Of a stretch of DNA of 64,000 nucleotides, positions 12,577 to 23,924 are shown piece after piece; position 1 is the stretch's first letter, and each line of letters begins with the position of its first letter. The stretch is from positions 133,362,001 to 133,426,000 of the forward strand of contig NC_042998.1 of NCBI RefSeq assembly GCF_006345805.1, in the 5' to 3' direction. The position numbers were made by a program, and so were the translations under genes. The notes under the pieces were generated by a model. It had not been told where the DNA came from and did not search any database. It saw only the letters and a program-made list of their open reading frames with translations. The DNA is from Octopus sinensis. Its lineage: Eukaryota.

Positions 12577-13130
12577 GCTCTGATGCAGTACCAGGCAGTG
12601 GCTCTCATGGCTTCTGATCTTAACTGATTGGAAGTGTTATGTACAATGTTTTGTCTTGGTATAAAAGATGGGCTACAGCGAATATTCTGCTCAATACCAC
12701 AGATTTGCTTGTCAGCTGCTTGACCGTAACCTGTTGAGCATGTCCCTTAGTGGCTGACGATATGTGCCTTTCTGATCACGAGCAGAAGTAGTGGGGGAGC
12801 ATCATAGCCATGTGTTGAGAGGGATTCTTTGGGGTTTGAATAATTCACCTCTTTAAACAACATGGATGTTTCGTTTAACATCCTTAAACAACCCTTATTC
12901 AGGGACCTTTTGAGCGGGATGGGTTACTCGACCAGAAGAAAATTCTAACTGGGCCCCATTTGCAAGGTCATGTGCTGCTTATCTTGATATGAGGTCACTA
13001 TGTCGCACACATATGGTTGTGATGCATGTGCCTGGTGTACCCTTATCAGACGGGTAGTCATGATGGGTATATTGGGCTTCGTATATTTTACCCCAGTGTC
13101 ACTTTGATTACATGAACTGCTCTCACACTC
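12574..13130 (+). mobile_element. Non-coding interspersed repeat Y flanked on both sides by (AAT)n; orientation arbitrary
   Basis: Bounded by AAT arrays at 12466-12573 and 13131-13193; partial inverted copy at 13194-13389. Confidence 0.7.
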
Positions 13131-13193
<63 letters not shown>

Positions 13194-13194
<1 letters not shown>

Positions 13195-13543
13195 TGAGAG
13201 AGCAGCGCATGCCATCAAAGTGAACCTGGGGTAAAATATACGAAGCCCAGTATACCCATCATGACTACCCGTCTGATAAGGGTACACTAGACACATGCAT
13301 CACAATCATATGTGCGCGACATGGTGATCTCATATCAAGATAAACAGCACATGACCTTGCAGGCGGGGCCCAGTTAGAATTTTCTTCTAACTGCATATTA
13401 TTATTATGCACACAACAGATTAGAATGTTGGAAAGGAAAAATTCCTAACACCGGGCTACAACAAGTAACCTTAGATGCCAAGAATCTTCCTACTGTAACA
13501 TCTCTTATCTTTCACTTGCCCCGGGACGCTGGGTGTGTCTCAG
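13194..13543 (-). repeat. Inverted copy of the last ~195 bp of Y joined to an inverted copy of X
   Basis: Reverse complement aligns by eye to 12935-13128 (~90%) and 12327-12475 (~94%). Confidence 0.9.
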
Positions 13544-13933
13544 CAAGTGATTGTAAGAAACATGCAGATTAAAGCAAACAAAAACAACAACAACAACAAT
13601 AATAATAATAATGATAATAATGAGATTTGGAAGTGTTTCTGCCAATAAGCTGGTCTTATAACGTGTCTAACAAACTGCATCATCAGCTGGAAGTAAATAA
13701 CGGAGGTTTCGAATTCACGTAGTTTAAGTATCCTCGCGAAAATCAGAACAAAATATAAAAAACTTGGTAACCTGTATCGATATTTGAATCGTCTTTATTC
13801 AGTGGTACTTATCACAGCTGATACGTTTTTTTCTTTCGAGCTCTTTCGGAATGGGCTGTTACACTATATAATATACCTTTAAAACCTCACTGTTGTCGAG
13901 CATACTTGTAGTTCCATGCGTCGGAATTTATAT

Positions 13934-14386
13934 ATATTTCTTTACTACTCACAAGGGGCTAAACACAGAGGGGACAAACTAGGACAGACAAACGGATTAA
14001 GTCGATTACATCGACCCCCCAGTGCGTAACTGGTCCTTAATTTATCGACCCTGAAAGAATGAAAGGCAACGTCGACCTCGGCGGAATTTGAACCCAAAAC
14101 GTAACGGCAGACGAAATACGGCTACGCATTTCGCCCGGCGTGCTAACGTTTCTTATTTCTTTACTACCCACAAGGGGCTAAACACAGAGAAGTCAAACAA
14201 GGACAGACAAACGGATTAAGTCAATTATATCGACCCCAGTGCGTAACTGGTACTTATTTAATCGACCCCGAAAGGATGAAAGGCAAAGTCGACCTCGGCG
14301 GAATTTGAACCCAGAACGTAACGGCAAACGAAATACGGCTGCGCATTTCGCCCGGCGTGCTAACGTTTCTGCCAGCTCGCCGCCTT
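13934..14386 (-). mobile_element. Head-to-tail SINE family A dimer with one 14-bp TSD
   Basis: Two near-complete units; GTCGGAATTTATAT at 13920-13933 and 14387-14400; A-box TGGCAGAAACGTTAG and B-box GGGTTCAAATTCC. Confidence 0.92.
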
Positions 14387-14934
14387 GTCGGAATTTATAT
14401 AACAAGTGTTACAACAGCTTTCACCTGGTTTCTGGAAATGCCGTAATCTCGCCGCAAATTTACATATACCAAATGGAACATGGAGATGTTCTAGAAAAGT
14501 AGGTTTCGACAGTTCGGGGACTTTCTGACCGACAGCAATCTTCGCTTCCATAAAACTAGAAAAAATGGTATTTCAATTATTTCAGTAATCCTTTGGAACA
14601 AAGCGCAGCTTACGTAGAGATAAGATTCCCAGTGCGTGAATTTATTTCAGTTACAGACTATCTATAAGCAAACGTTCATCACTTTATGTATTTATTTTTG
14701 TCAAGATAGCTCCAATCTGTATATGAAAAGCGTATGGACAAACAAATATAAATTACTTTTTGCATTACTTGATCTGTGATATTATCCTTGGCAAATAAAT
14801 GTATTTTTGTCTGACTTTGGATAACCGATACGGAAAATTTGACTTAAGTTTAGAATTATTTTCATTCTAACTTGTATATTCCTCATACAGGAACAAACAA
14901 ACAGGAATAGTTAATTACGCTTTATATTGATACA

Positions 14935-14949
14935 TTTATTATTTTATTA

Positions 14950-15016
<67 letters not shown>

Positions 15017-15053
15017 GTTGTTGTTGTTGTTGGTGTCGTCGTCGTCGTTGTTG

Positions 15054-15108
<55 letters not shown>

Positions 15109-15155
15109 CATCATCATCATCATCATTATCATCATCCTTATTATTATTATTTCTC
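14935..15155. repeat. (ATT)n/(GTT)n/(ATC)n microsatellite, the tail of the adjacent LINE
   Basis: Read directly. Confidence 0.95.
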
Positions 15156-15159
15156 TTTA

Positions 15160-15745
15160 TCGCAGGCTTTATTGGAACTCCTGGAATCTTGCATCCGTAG
15201 TGAACGTGCTACCTACAGCTCTACGGTACCAAGCTATCCGTTCTTTTCAGCTATCTAATACTTTCCTGATAATTCTGGCCTTGCCAAAGAGGCAAAACTT
15301 TTGTAACAGTTCTACTGGGCACTCTGTTCAGATTTCCTTTATATTACCCTTGATGCATTCTGATACTGTTCTCAAGGACCCAACAATTATTGGCACTATC
15401 CTCACCTTTTTCATTTTCTACTGCCGGGATATTTCGTACTTAAGAGGGTTGTATTCATCTATCTATTCGCCTCCCTTCTTGAATATTCATGGGTCAAAGT
15501 GGCATGCAACATCAACTATATAACAAATGTGGTGCATCTTGTCGACCACCACTAGGTCCAGTTTGTTATGCTCTACTATTTGATCTGTTTGGATTGAAAA
15601 ATCCCAGAGGATTTTGCTAGTCTCAGACTCCGCCACTCCCTGCAGTTTCTGCTCATACCATATCTTGCCTCTCACTAGCCACACTTCTTGCACAGTTTCC
15701 AGTGTCGTACTTTCACGACAACATGTAATGGTTTGGGGAGAGTCT
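15160..15745 (-). mobile_element. 5'-truncated R4/Dong-like non-LTR retrotransposon (restriction-like endonuclease domain and 3' UTR)
   Basis: KILWDFSIQTDQIVEHNKLDLVVVDKMHHICYIVDVACHFDP...IVPIIVGSL...LLQKFCLFGKARIIRKVLDS*; (TAA)n on both sides. Confidence 0.88.
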
Positions 15746-16255
15746 AATAATGATAATAATAATAAGTGGATGTAAATACATGAACGAAATAAGAATAAAC
15801 AAAAACAAAAATAAATTACACGAACGTATGTAAACAGAAGATACAAATATTACACACACACACTAACTAAACATAGACACACATAGAGATATACGCATGC
15901 GCAAATGAAGACACTTAAAATAGAAATACAAAATGGCTGACGGTTAGTAAGGAGAGACACACAAATAAGAAAGAAGAAAGCAAAGGACCACTGATGCAAT
16001 CACAGGAGTGTGACGAAAGAACTCTGGCCGAAATAAGATTATGTTTAATGCAAAAAATAAATAACACCAAATATATAGTGCGTGTGTTTTTATTAGCTAA
16101 ACTGGCAAAATGACCATTCTGAAATACAACAATATCTGTTTCAACACATAAAAAATCTTGCACAACAAATATATAAACGTATATATATATATATATATAT
16201 ATTTATAAAAAAAGAAGTTTGAAAACGCCACTATATAAAATAAATTTTAATTTTC

Positions 16256-16314
16256 TTAGAAATTTTACATGTTTCGGTTCTTCTTGAAAAAACGAACCTT
16301 ATCAAAAATATTTT
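16256..16314 (-). ncRNA. Minimal type I hammerhead-like motif (U3-A8 variant) in the left pLTR
   Basis: UUGAUAA-GGUUC..GAACC-GAAA-CAUGUA; identical to the motif in the right arm. Confidence 0.6.
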
Positions 16315-16489
16315 AAATGTAACTGTAATAAAAAAGTTCATGATTGTTTCTTACTTGTCTCAACAAAATCCACGCGGTGGATTTTTTGTGGGGAGGAAGC
16401 ATACTAGCTGTCTTATGTGTTGAATAAATTAAGGAAATAGAAGGATTTGCACCATAATATCAGACACAAACACCCGACACACACGTCTC

Positions 16490-17183
16490 CATCCACAGCC
16501 CCTAATAGACAGTGCAATCCAACGAGCACTTAAATTAAGTATAGAAGACCTGGGGCAACCAAAACTAAAAAAGAAAGAAAAATTAAAAACCCTACCCTAC
16601 ATCTCTACACACAACCCACTTAACAATGAGGCCTTCATCACCATACTCCAAAGATGAACCGAATCCTCCAAACGTACACCATCATTAAAAGTAAACGGCA
16701 ACCAAAATCCTGAAAAAAGATTTTAACCCAAGCTAAACTGCACTCAACAACAACCAAAAATCAGCAGTTAGAAAATGTGGAAAGTCCAACCGCGGAATCT
16801 GTTTCATCTTAGTAGAAGGTTCAGAATACACATTAGAACAAGACCATCATTTTACCATCAGAACAAACTTCCCCTGTGCATCAGAAAACTTAATTTATGT
16901 GTTATCATGCGCAAGGTGCAATAGGCAATATATAGGCCATACAAAAAACAGCCTATGAAAAAGGATGGCAGTTCATAAATCCCAAATTAGGAATCCTGAA
17001 TACAGGAAAATACCTGTCAGCGGACACATAGATAGATGTGCTTCAAATAAAAATCCCAAATTCACATATTTACCACTTTACCAATTCAGTAACAACGTAA
17101 CGTTCACTCAACGTCAAAATAAAGAATTCTATTTTATTAGAAAATTCGGACCAAGTTTAAACACCCTAGGCCAGGAACATTAG
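16490..17183 (+). pseudogene. PLE C-terminal linker and GIY-YIG endonuclease, decayed
   Basis: TLPYISTHNP...KRQP...VRKCGKSNRGIC...FPCASENLIYVLSCARCNRQYIGHTKNSL*KRMAVHKSQIR...FIRKFGPSLN. Confidence 0.88.
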
Positions 17184-17537
17184 AACAATATATTGGTCTT
17201 CCGAAAAAGAAAATGGAATGCTATCACTACCACCACGATCACTAATTTTACTACTACTACAACCACCATGGTCACTACTATTACTACTACGATCAAGTCT
17301 TCCACTGCTGCTACTACTTCAGCCAATGAACCGCTGCAACTCCAACCACCACCACGGTTACTGCTACTACGACCAACAGTTACTGCTGCTACTGCTATTT
17401 CGGCCACTGGTCATTTCCTTAATTTATTCAACACGTAAAACAGCTATTATGCTTCCTCCCCACAAAAAACCATCACTTGGATTCTTTTGAGACCAGTAAG
17501 AAACAATTATGAACTTTTTTATTACACTTAACTTTTA

Positions 17538-17594
17538 AAAATATTTTTGATAAGGTTCGTTTTTTCAAGAAGAACCGAAACATGTAAAATTTCT
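17538..17594 (+). ncRNA. Minimal type I hammerhead-like motif (U3-A8 variant) in the right pLTR
   Basis: Core UUGAUAA 17547-17553; stem II 17554-17558/17572-17576; GAAA 17577-17580; palindromic ACAUGU stem III; GUA site; weak A-U stem I. Confidence 0.6.
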
Positions 17595-17678
17595 AAAATT
17601 AAAATTTATCTTACATAGTGGCGTTTTCAAACATCTTTTTTATAAATATATACCTACTCGTATACGACCTACACTTAT

Positions 17679-17724
<46 letters not shown>

Positions 17725-18159
17725 AAACTCAACTTATGTGTCTGTGTGTGTATCTGTGTGTGTGTGTGTCTGTGTGTTTAACTTCCCGGCACATCTCCTC
17801 CTAGCCAACAAATCGTAGAACCACCAAAAATGGGTCACTTAAAGTTTAGGCGAATGTAAATTGAACTGCGCTACTTCTGTTCCGAAATTCATCTCGCAAG
17901 TGCAAAAATCGATCATGTGTTTGTTTAGGCCTTATCCCATGCATTGAATAGTGAACTTTACACAGTCAGGTGTTTGACGTGAACTATGTTCACCACGCGC
18001 GCAAGCATGCGTAAATTGCATGAAAAATAAAAAAATCAAGATATATAAACGAATCGCCGTAAACATTGTAGACATTCGGCAAAGAAATGAATTTTCGGGA
18101 TGTAGCCTGGAGGGTTTTTTCGTATTAATCGTTTGAACTTTGTGAACACATACCAATTA

Positions 18160-18350
18160 TCTATATATATAAGTTGAAGTTGTCTGTGTATGGCAGGTTT
18201 GGTAGCTTTCAACTAACACTATCTCCTCCAAGACCCTGCGACGCAAGTTGGCCAAAATTGAGAGCATGATAGAAGAAGCCTTGCTCTTCCTTCCGTAGAA
18301 GAAAAAATTCAAATCGGACCATGTTAAGACCAAAAATTATTTACATCAAA
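18160..18350 (+). mobile_element. 5' part of a non-autonomous Helitron-like element, interrupted by the MITE
   Basis: Begins A|TCTATATATATAAGTTGAAGTTGT, similar to the 5' end of the complete element at 60148. Confidence 0.55.
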
Positions 18351-18351
18351 A

Positions 18352-18868
18352 AGGGCTAAAAACCACTAGGTGGTCAGCCGTATGCTAGAAGTAGATCCCC
18401 TACGATCAAACTACAAAGAAAAGAATGTTCTCTAGAAGAAAATTCAGCGGACACCAGAACAATATGCGGGCAAGACAGATGAAAATTATATAAAAACCAG
18501 TTTGTTTCCGGAATTTTAGCGCGCCAGAGCTCAGACGTTTGAAATTAACCCCAATGTAATCGGTGAAATTAAGCACATGTCTGTTTTTATACGGAAAACT
18601 GGTGGTTAGTTTTACAAATTATATTACCTGTGGAACGATCGCACTGACGAGCCTACGGACGAGGGATTACATAAGTGATTCATTCGTTAATAGGCGAAAC
18701 CGCCGGTCTGTGAGTAATTCTGTTTTTTATATAATTTTCATGTCTTGCCCGCATTTTGTTCTGGTGTCCGCTGAATTTTCCTCTAGAGAACATTCTTTTC
18801 TTTGTAGTTTGATCGTAGGGGATCTACTTCTAGCATACGGCTGACCACCTAATGGTTTTTTTAGCCCT
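18352..18868. mobile_element. MITE with ~150-bp near-perfect TIRs, Kolobok-like
   Basis: Termini AGGG...CCCT; TTAA on the right flank (18869-18872); left flank is AAAA (imperfect). Confidence 0.8.
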
Positions 18869-18899
18869 TTAAATATACACATGTATTAGAATATTCTCT

Positions 18900-19285
18900 G
18901 ATTTTTCAGATTTTTGTATGCTAGGTTTTAAATTGATATTAATTAAATTAATATTCAATTTATCTCCCTCATTATTTATATATATATATATATATTTACC
19001 TTTTGATATTTTAGTTTCATTTTCCGTTTTTCGCTTTCCATTTATTACTGTCTGCATTTTCTATATGGTGCCTTCTCAGCTTCATCGCGTTTCTTTTATT
19101 TATTCAGTTTTTTAGTTCGTTGTGATATGTTTTGCGCCTGAAGAATATGTTTGAGTCCTCTCAATATATGAAACTATCAGTAGCGCTTTAAAGCTTGTAT
19201 TGTGACCTTTAAATAATAATATTGATCTCTCACCAGATGAAGTACTTTTCTTGTTGAATTTTCTATCACGGATCTGTACAGTATA
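18900..19285 (+). mobile_element. Solitary PLE pseudo-LTR-like segment
   Basis: Pyrimidine-rich non-coding segment carrying a complete hammerhead; no RT or endonuclease frame adjacent. Confidence 0.4.
19134..19186 (+). ncRNA. Canonical type I hammerhead ribozyme
   Basis: GCGC-CUGAAGA-[AUAUG U UUGAG UCCU CUCAA UAUAU]-GAAA-CU AUC AG-UA^GCGC; all core nucleotides and three stems present. Confidence 0.85.
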
Positions 19286-19294
19286 AATATATAT

Positions 19295-19340
<46 letters not shown>

Positions 19341-19350
19341 TTTTATGTCT

Positions 19351-19404
<54 letters not shown>

Positions 19405-19944
19405 GTGTGTACATGTGTGTGTGTATGTGTGCCTGTTAAGGATTCTCTTGAGTGTATATGTAAATAAGAAGCCCTCAACAGCTTACATCAATATTAATGA
19501 CTATGACGTCTCCTCCGTCTATAGAACCATTAGAGCACTCATCACCGTAACTGACGTAGTTTCTTGCTGCATGATAGATTGATGCCGTAATTTCCCGAGA
19601 ATCTGTTATTGCACGCTCTATAATAATACACAAATTTCCAACACTTGCAACATTCTCGTCTTTCTGTCATGATTATAAATTGTGATCAATATTTATTTAA
19701 GTTCATGTGACATTGATAATTATGCCCTCTAGTTCCAATGTCCATAAATTTACCTACACTGTGGCATATCTGTAATTCTCTGATTTCATGCATTTAATAT
19801 GATTATAATTTTTGTCCAATCTAACCAGCACACGAAGTTAAGAACAGTATAAGCTCTCGATATTATGTCGTAATTTTAGTAACACATGTTGCTCTTCTAA
19901 ATTGAACTATTTGTTGGGTCGATGTATTACGTATCAGCAAAACA

Positions 19945-20120
19945 CTGAGCTGGCAGAATCGGCACTTCGTCCTTTTTGGCGTGCTGAGCTCAAACTCCAC
20001 ATAGATCGAATTTACCTTTTATCTTTTCGATAAAATAAGTACCAGTTGAACACTGGTGGCAATGTAATCGACTTACACCTCCTCTGAAATTGCCGACCTT
20101 GAGCCAAAATTTGAATCCGA
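19945..20120 (+). mobile_element. SINE family A, diverged
   Basis: GAGCTGGCAGAATCG head; GATAAAATAAGTACCAGTTGAACACTGG body. Confidence 0.75.
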
Positions 20121-20376
20121 GATATTGAGTATTAGTAAAGGTCATTGGATCGATGAAATTATTTAGGGTCCAGCTTGATGTCCAGCAGTATGTTATAGAT
20201 TTTTATGTTCTCTATTTAAGTTCTAGATAACAACGAAGAATTAATATCCTTTTATTAGGCAAAATCTATTTTATAAAATTTTGTCTGTGGTTCAAAAATG
20301 CAATTTAATGCGAAAGCTGAAATGGAACATAATCTTCGTAAATTTCAACTTTTAAACAGTAACTGTTACACATTTT

Positions 20377-21138
20377 GGATCATTACCTTTTGACCTACAG
20401 ATTTAAAAAATAAATTTTGTAACTAAACACTTTCAAATTTCGGACACTGGTAGAATGTGTCATATAAAACATCTACTCTTAGCGTATTTGAGAAAAGCTT
20501 ATATTTAGGAAGTTATTTCACGTTAAAGTTGTCGTATTTCGGTAATTTCAACTAATCAATGACGTATAATCAGTTGAATAAAATTACTGCCGACGTTTGT
20601 CAACAACAACAATCGGTGGTGTATTTTTCGTTTGTCACTGTTAATTGACATCGTTCGTGCGTTTGTACTCGTTTTAGATTTAAAGTTTTAGGGTTAGAGT
20701 TAGGGTTTTAGGGTTAGGGCTAGGGTTTTAGGGTTAGGGTGTTAGGGTTAGGATTTTAGGGTTAAGGTTAGGGTTTTAGGGTTAGGGTTAGGGTTAAGGT
20801 TTTAGGGTTAGGGTTAGGATTAAGGTTTTAGGCTTAGGGTTAGGGTTTTAGGGTTAAGGTTGTTATAAATAACACTGACAAATTAAATATACACCACCGG
20901 AGGTTTTTGTTGACAAACAACAGCAGTAATTTTATTCAGCTGAATACACGTCATTGATTGATTGAAATTACCGAAATACAACTTTAACGTGAAATAACTT
21001 CCTAAATATAAGCTTTTCTCAAAAACGTTAAGAGTAAAAGATGTTTTATATGACATAATCTACCAGTGTCCGAAGTTTAAAAGTGTATAGCTACAAAAAA
21101 TTATTTTTTTAAATCTGACGGTCAAAAAGTAAAGATCC
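20377..21138. mobile_element. MITE-like element with ~265-bp TIRs enclosing a telomere-like array
   Basis: 20377-20643 aligns to the reverse complement of 20870-21138. Confidence 0.85.
20686..20860 (+). repeat. Degenerate interstitial (TTAGGG)n array with TTTTAGGG-led higher-order units
   Basis: Read directly; units of 20-28 nt. Confidence 0.92.
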
Positions 21139-21473
21139 CACATTTTAACAAATCCTTTGTTTATTATTGACAACGGTAATAATGGCGATGGTGATGTCTT
21201 TGTTGCTGGCTGTGGCAGCATTAGTCTGTTTGTAGCAGGTACTCTTGGTAAAGACGTTGTATTCTGCTGCGTGTATGTTTTTAATAGTTAATATAATGAT
21301 TTTATAGTGAAGATGAACAACTTTTGTGACTCATGGAATTCTTACGCGTTCGAGTAGCAAACATAATTATGGCCCCTCAGAAATTAACTACATATGTACT
21401 ATCGAGTATTTATGCCTTATATGCATGATATTTATAAAATATGTATCACGAGTGATGTATAAAAATAAAAGAA

Positions 21474-21899
21474 CTACGTGATTTCATCAGAAACATTGTT
21501 TGTTAACTGATCGGTTTTATAAAAAAATTTCCTGAGAAATCTGGAACCCACTCTCGAAAAATGTAGAACTTTAGGCAATAAAAAGGTTCCCTCAGAAATA
21601 CTATAAAACGCTCTCACTGCATCTGAACTAAGTGAGCTAATAATCCAATACCTTATTCCATTCGGGTCTTGCATTTCTCCATCTTTTTTCATCCAGCGAT
21701 ATTTGGATGCCGGTACATATATAAGCGAGTCTGCATTTTGTGGTATACTTTTTTTGCCATATACTTTACACTGCATTATATGCATAATTTCAGAATTATC
21801 AAAATCGTTGTTTCTCACTGTTGTAAACGCATCTGTTAAAACCTTGATATTCAGAGCATGATTACTATGGGAATGTGTTGTGTTCAGGAACTTTATCAC
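21474..21899 (-). CDS. Candidate terminal exon of an unidentified host gene (141 codons)
   Basis: Non-repetitive open frame with protein-like composition; begins right after in-frame stops at a TCTAAT...TTGATAAG| acceptor-like site; no family recognised. Confidence 0.4.
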   Translation of the reverse strand: MIKFLNTTHSHSNHALNIKVLTDAFTTVRNNDFDNSEIMHIMQCKVYGKKSIPQNADSLIYVPASKYRWMKKDGEMQDPNGIRYWIISSLSSDAVRAFYSISEGTFLLPKVLHFSRVGSRFLRKFFYKTDQLTNNVSDEIT

Positions 21900-22589
21900 T
21901 TATCAAATTCGTATTAGAATACAATAGTATATATATGGATGTAGCTGCTGGATTTGGAACGTGTATGCCTAGTAACGAACAAGGTTGTGTAATCTGTAAA
22001 GTACCATCAAAATTTTATTTGCACGCTTATACTTTTATGAAAGAATAAATGTAAAAACATAATGCACGTTGTGATTCAATATCAGGATCTGTAATATCTA
22101 GAAAAGACTTAATAAAGATCATGAATAAATAAAGAAATAAGCAGCATAACGGCAATGAATGAAATACTTACTATAGGGAGTAGACCGCAGAATCAAAGAA
22201 GGATTTTCTGCAAGGTCGGTCACAATGTTAAGAACAGCTGCCGAATCTCACCCAAAATTTTAATATTTTCCTTTCTTCGCGATTATGTCGCAAACGATGC
22301 CTCATAATTTCTTTGACGAGCACTATGTGTTTATCATGAATAGTTCTGTGGGAAAATTCAAAGCTAGTTTCCTGTTGATTTCGGGTATTTCTTACATGAG
22401 ACTATTTGTCGGTTAAACAGAGTAGTCCCACCCGCGATCCCGTGACTGGACAACTAGACCATAAAGAAATGGAACAAATACTGCAGCGAATTATTTTTCA
22501 AGGTTCTTATAATTCCACCAATCCACAATCCTGGAATGATACTGTACATTGATTTCAAATTTTGATACAATATCAGCAGCTTTAGGGGA

Positions 22590-23095
22590 TGGTTACAACG
22601 ATTACATCGATCCCAGTTTTCAAGTGGCACTTATTTTATCGGCCTCGAAATGGAGAAAGGCAAAGTTGACCCCGGCTGAATTTGACCTCAGAACATAAAG
22701 ACACATGAATGCCGCCAAACATCCTGCGTGCTAACGATTCTGCTTACTCACCGCCTAATGATAATCTAAATCTATTATTGGTTTTAAATTTTGACACAAG
22801 GCCAGAGATTTTGAAGGGTGAGGGCTAAGTCGATTAGATTGACCCCCCAGTGCTTAACTGGTACTTATTTTATCGACCCGATAAGATGAACGACAAAATC
22901 GACCTCAGCGGAATTTAAACTCGGAACATAAAGACAGATGAAATCCCGCCAAGCATTTCGGCCGAAATGCTAACGAGTCTACCAGCTCATCGCCTTTCTT
23001 ATAACTGTATATTTTTGAAAGACAGAGTTTACCTCAACAGATTTTGAACTCGAACGTTCGAAACCGGAGCAAATAGTGCAAAGAACATTTCTGAT
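22590..23095 (-). mobile_element. Tandem cluster of 2-3 family A SINEs
   Basis: Units at ~22595-22760 and ~22790-22997 plus a degenerate third. Confidence 0.75.
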
Positions 23096-23274
23096 CATGA
23101 TAATTGTAGCAGTTTTATAATTTCGCTAACAGTGACTTTCGATACAATTTTTGAAGTCGCAATCAATAAAATTATAATAAATATTGAGCCCTTTATACAG
23201 TCAATATACTTTTTTTATATACATATGGGAATATTCATTCAAATTACGTTTATATGTGTATGTGTGTGTGTAGA

Positions 23275-23278
23275 TAGG

Positions 23279-23371
<93 letters not shown>

Positions 23372-23415
23372 GGATGGATGGATGGATGGATGGATGGATG
23401 GATGGATGGATGGAT
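23275..23415. repeat. (GATA)n(GATG)n microsatellite
   Basis: Read directly. Confidence 0.97.
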
Positions 23416-23924
23416 AGAGTTACACAAGCATATTTGATTATGTGGAAAAAACATTTCTGAAAAGCATAAACTATCGGAATGAAATGAAGTTGCAGCATCA
23501 AGTTACTAGCGTTGCAGAATTGCAGATTATGCTGCACTGTATCACTCACTACAGCAGAAAAAATATATTTGTGTATTTGAGCACGAGTCTCTCTAATTGT
23601 GTGTGTGTGTGTGTGTGTTTTTGTGTGCGTCTTGGGAAATGACATGCGTGGTTCGGTCTTCCTTTCGTAAGAAAATCTATTTGCTAAGTGGAAAAGAATC
23701 TTTAACTGGTTGTGTATTACTTGGATGGCGATTCTCGCCATATTTTACGTTAATGAAGGAGATGCTACGTGATTATTAGACATGCTAGAAACAACAGTCA
23801 GTTTTCCTTCAGATCACATGCACTTATTTAAAATAAAATGACACAAATGATAATGTAGGCCGAGATACACAATATCTGAATCAAAGGCTGCATAGCCATG
23901 TTGATCAAAATTCTTTACAGACAT

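Larger units (their letters stand above)
16198..17650 (+). mobile_element. 5'-truncated Penelope-like element with inverted pseudo-LTRs
   Basis: ~240-bp inverted repeats (16198-16437 and 17411-17650) enclosing a GIY-YIG coding remnant; hammerhead-like motif in each arm. Confidence 0.88.

Noticed and set aside
13934-14386. tRNA genes suggested by A/B boxes here and in other SINE heads
   Set aside because: No cloverleaf; the boxes continue into SINE bodies
14927-15523. 198-aa ORF with poly-I/V
   Set aside because: (ATT)n/(GTT)n read-through plus the antisense strand of the Dong-like LINE
20686-20860. True telomere or chromosome fusion point
   Set aside because: Short, degenerate, single orientation and enclosed by transposon TIRs
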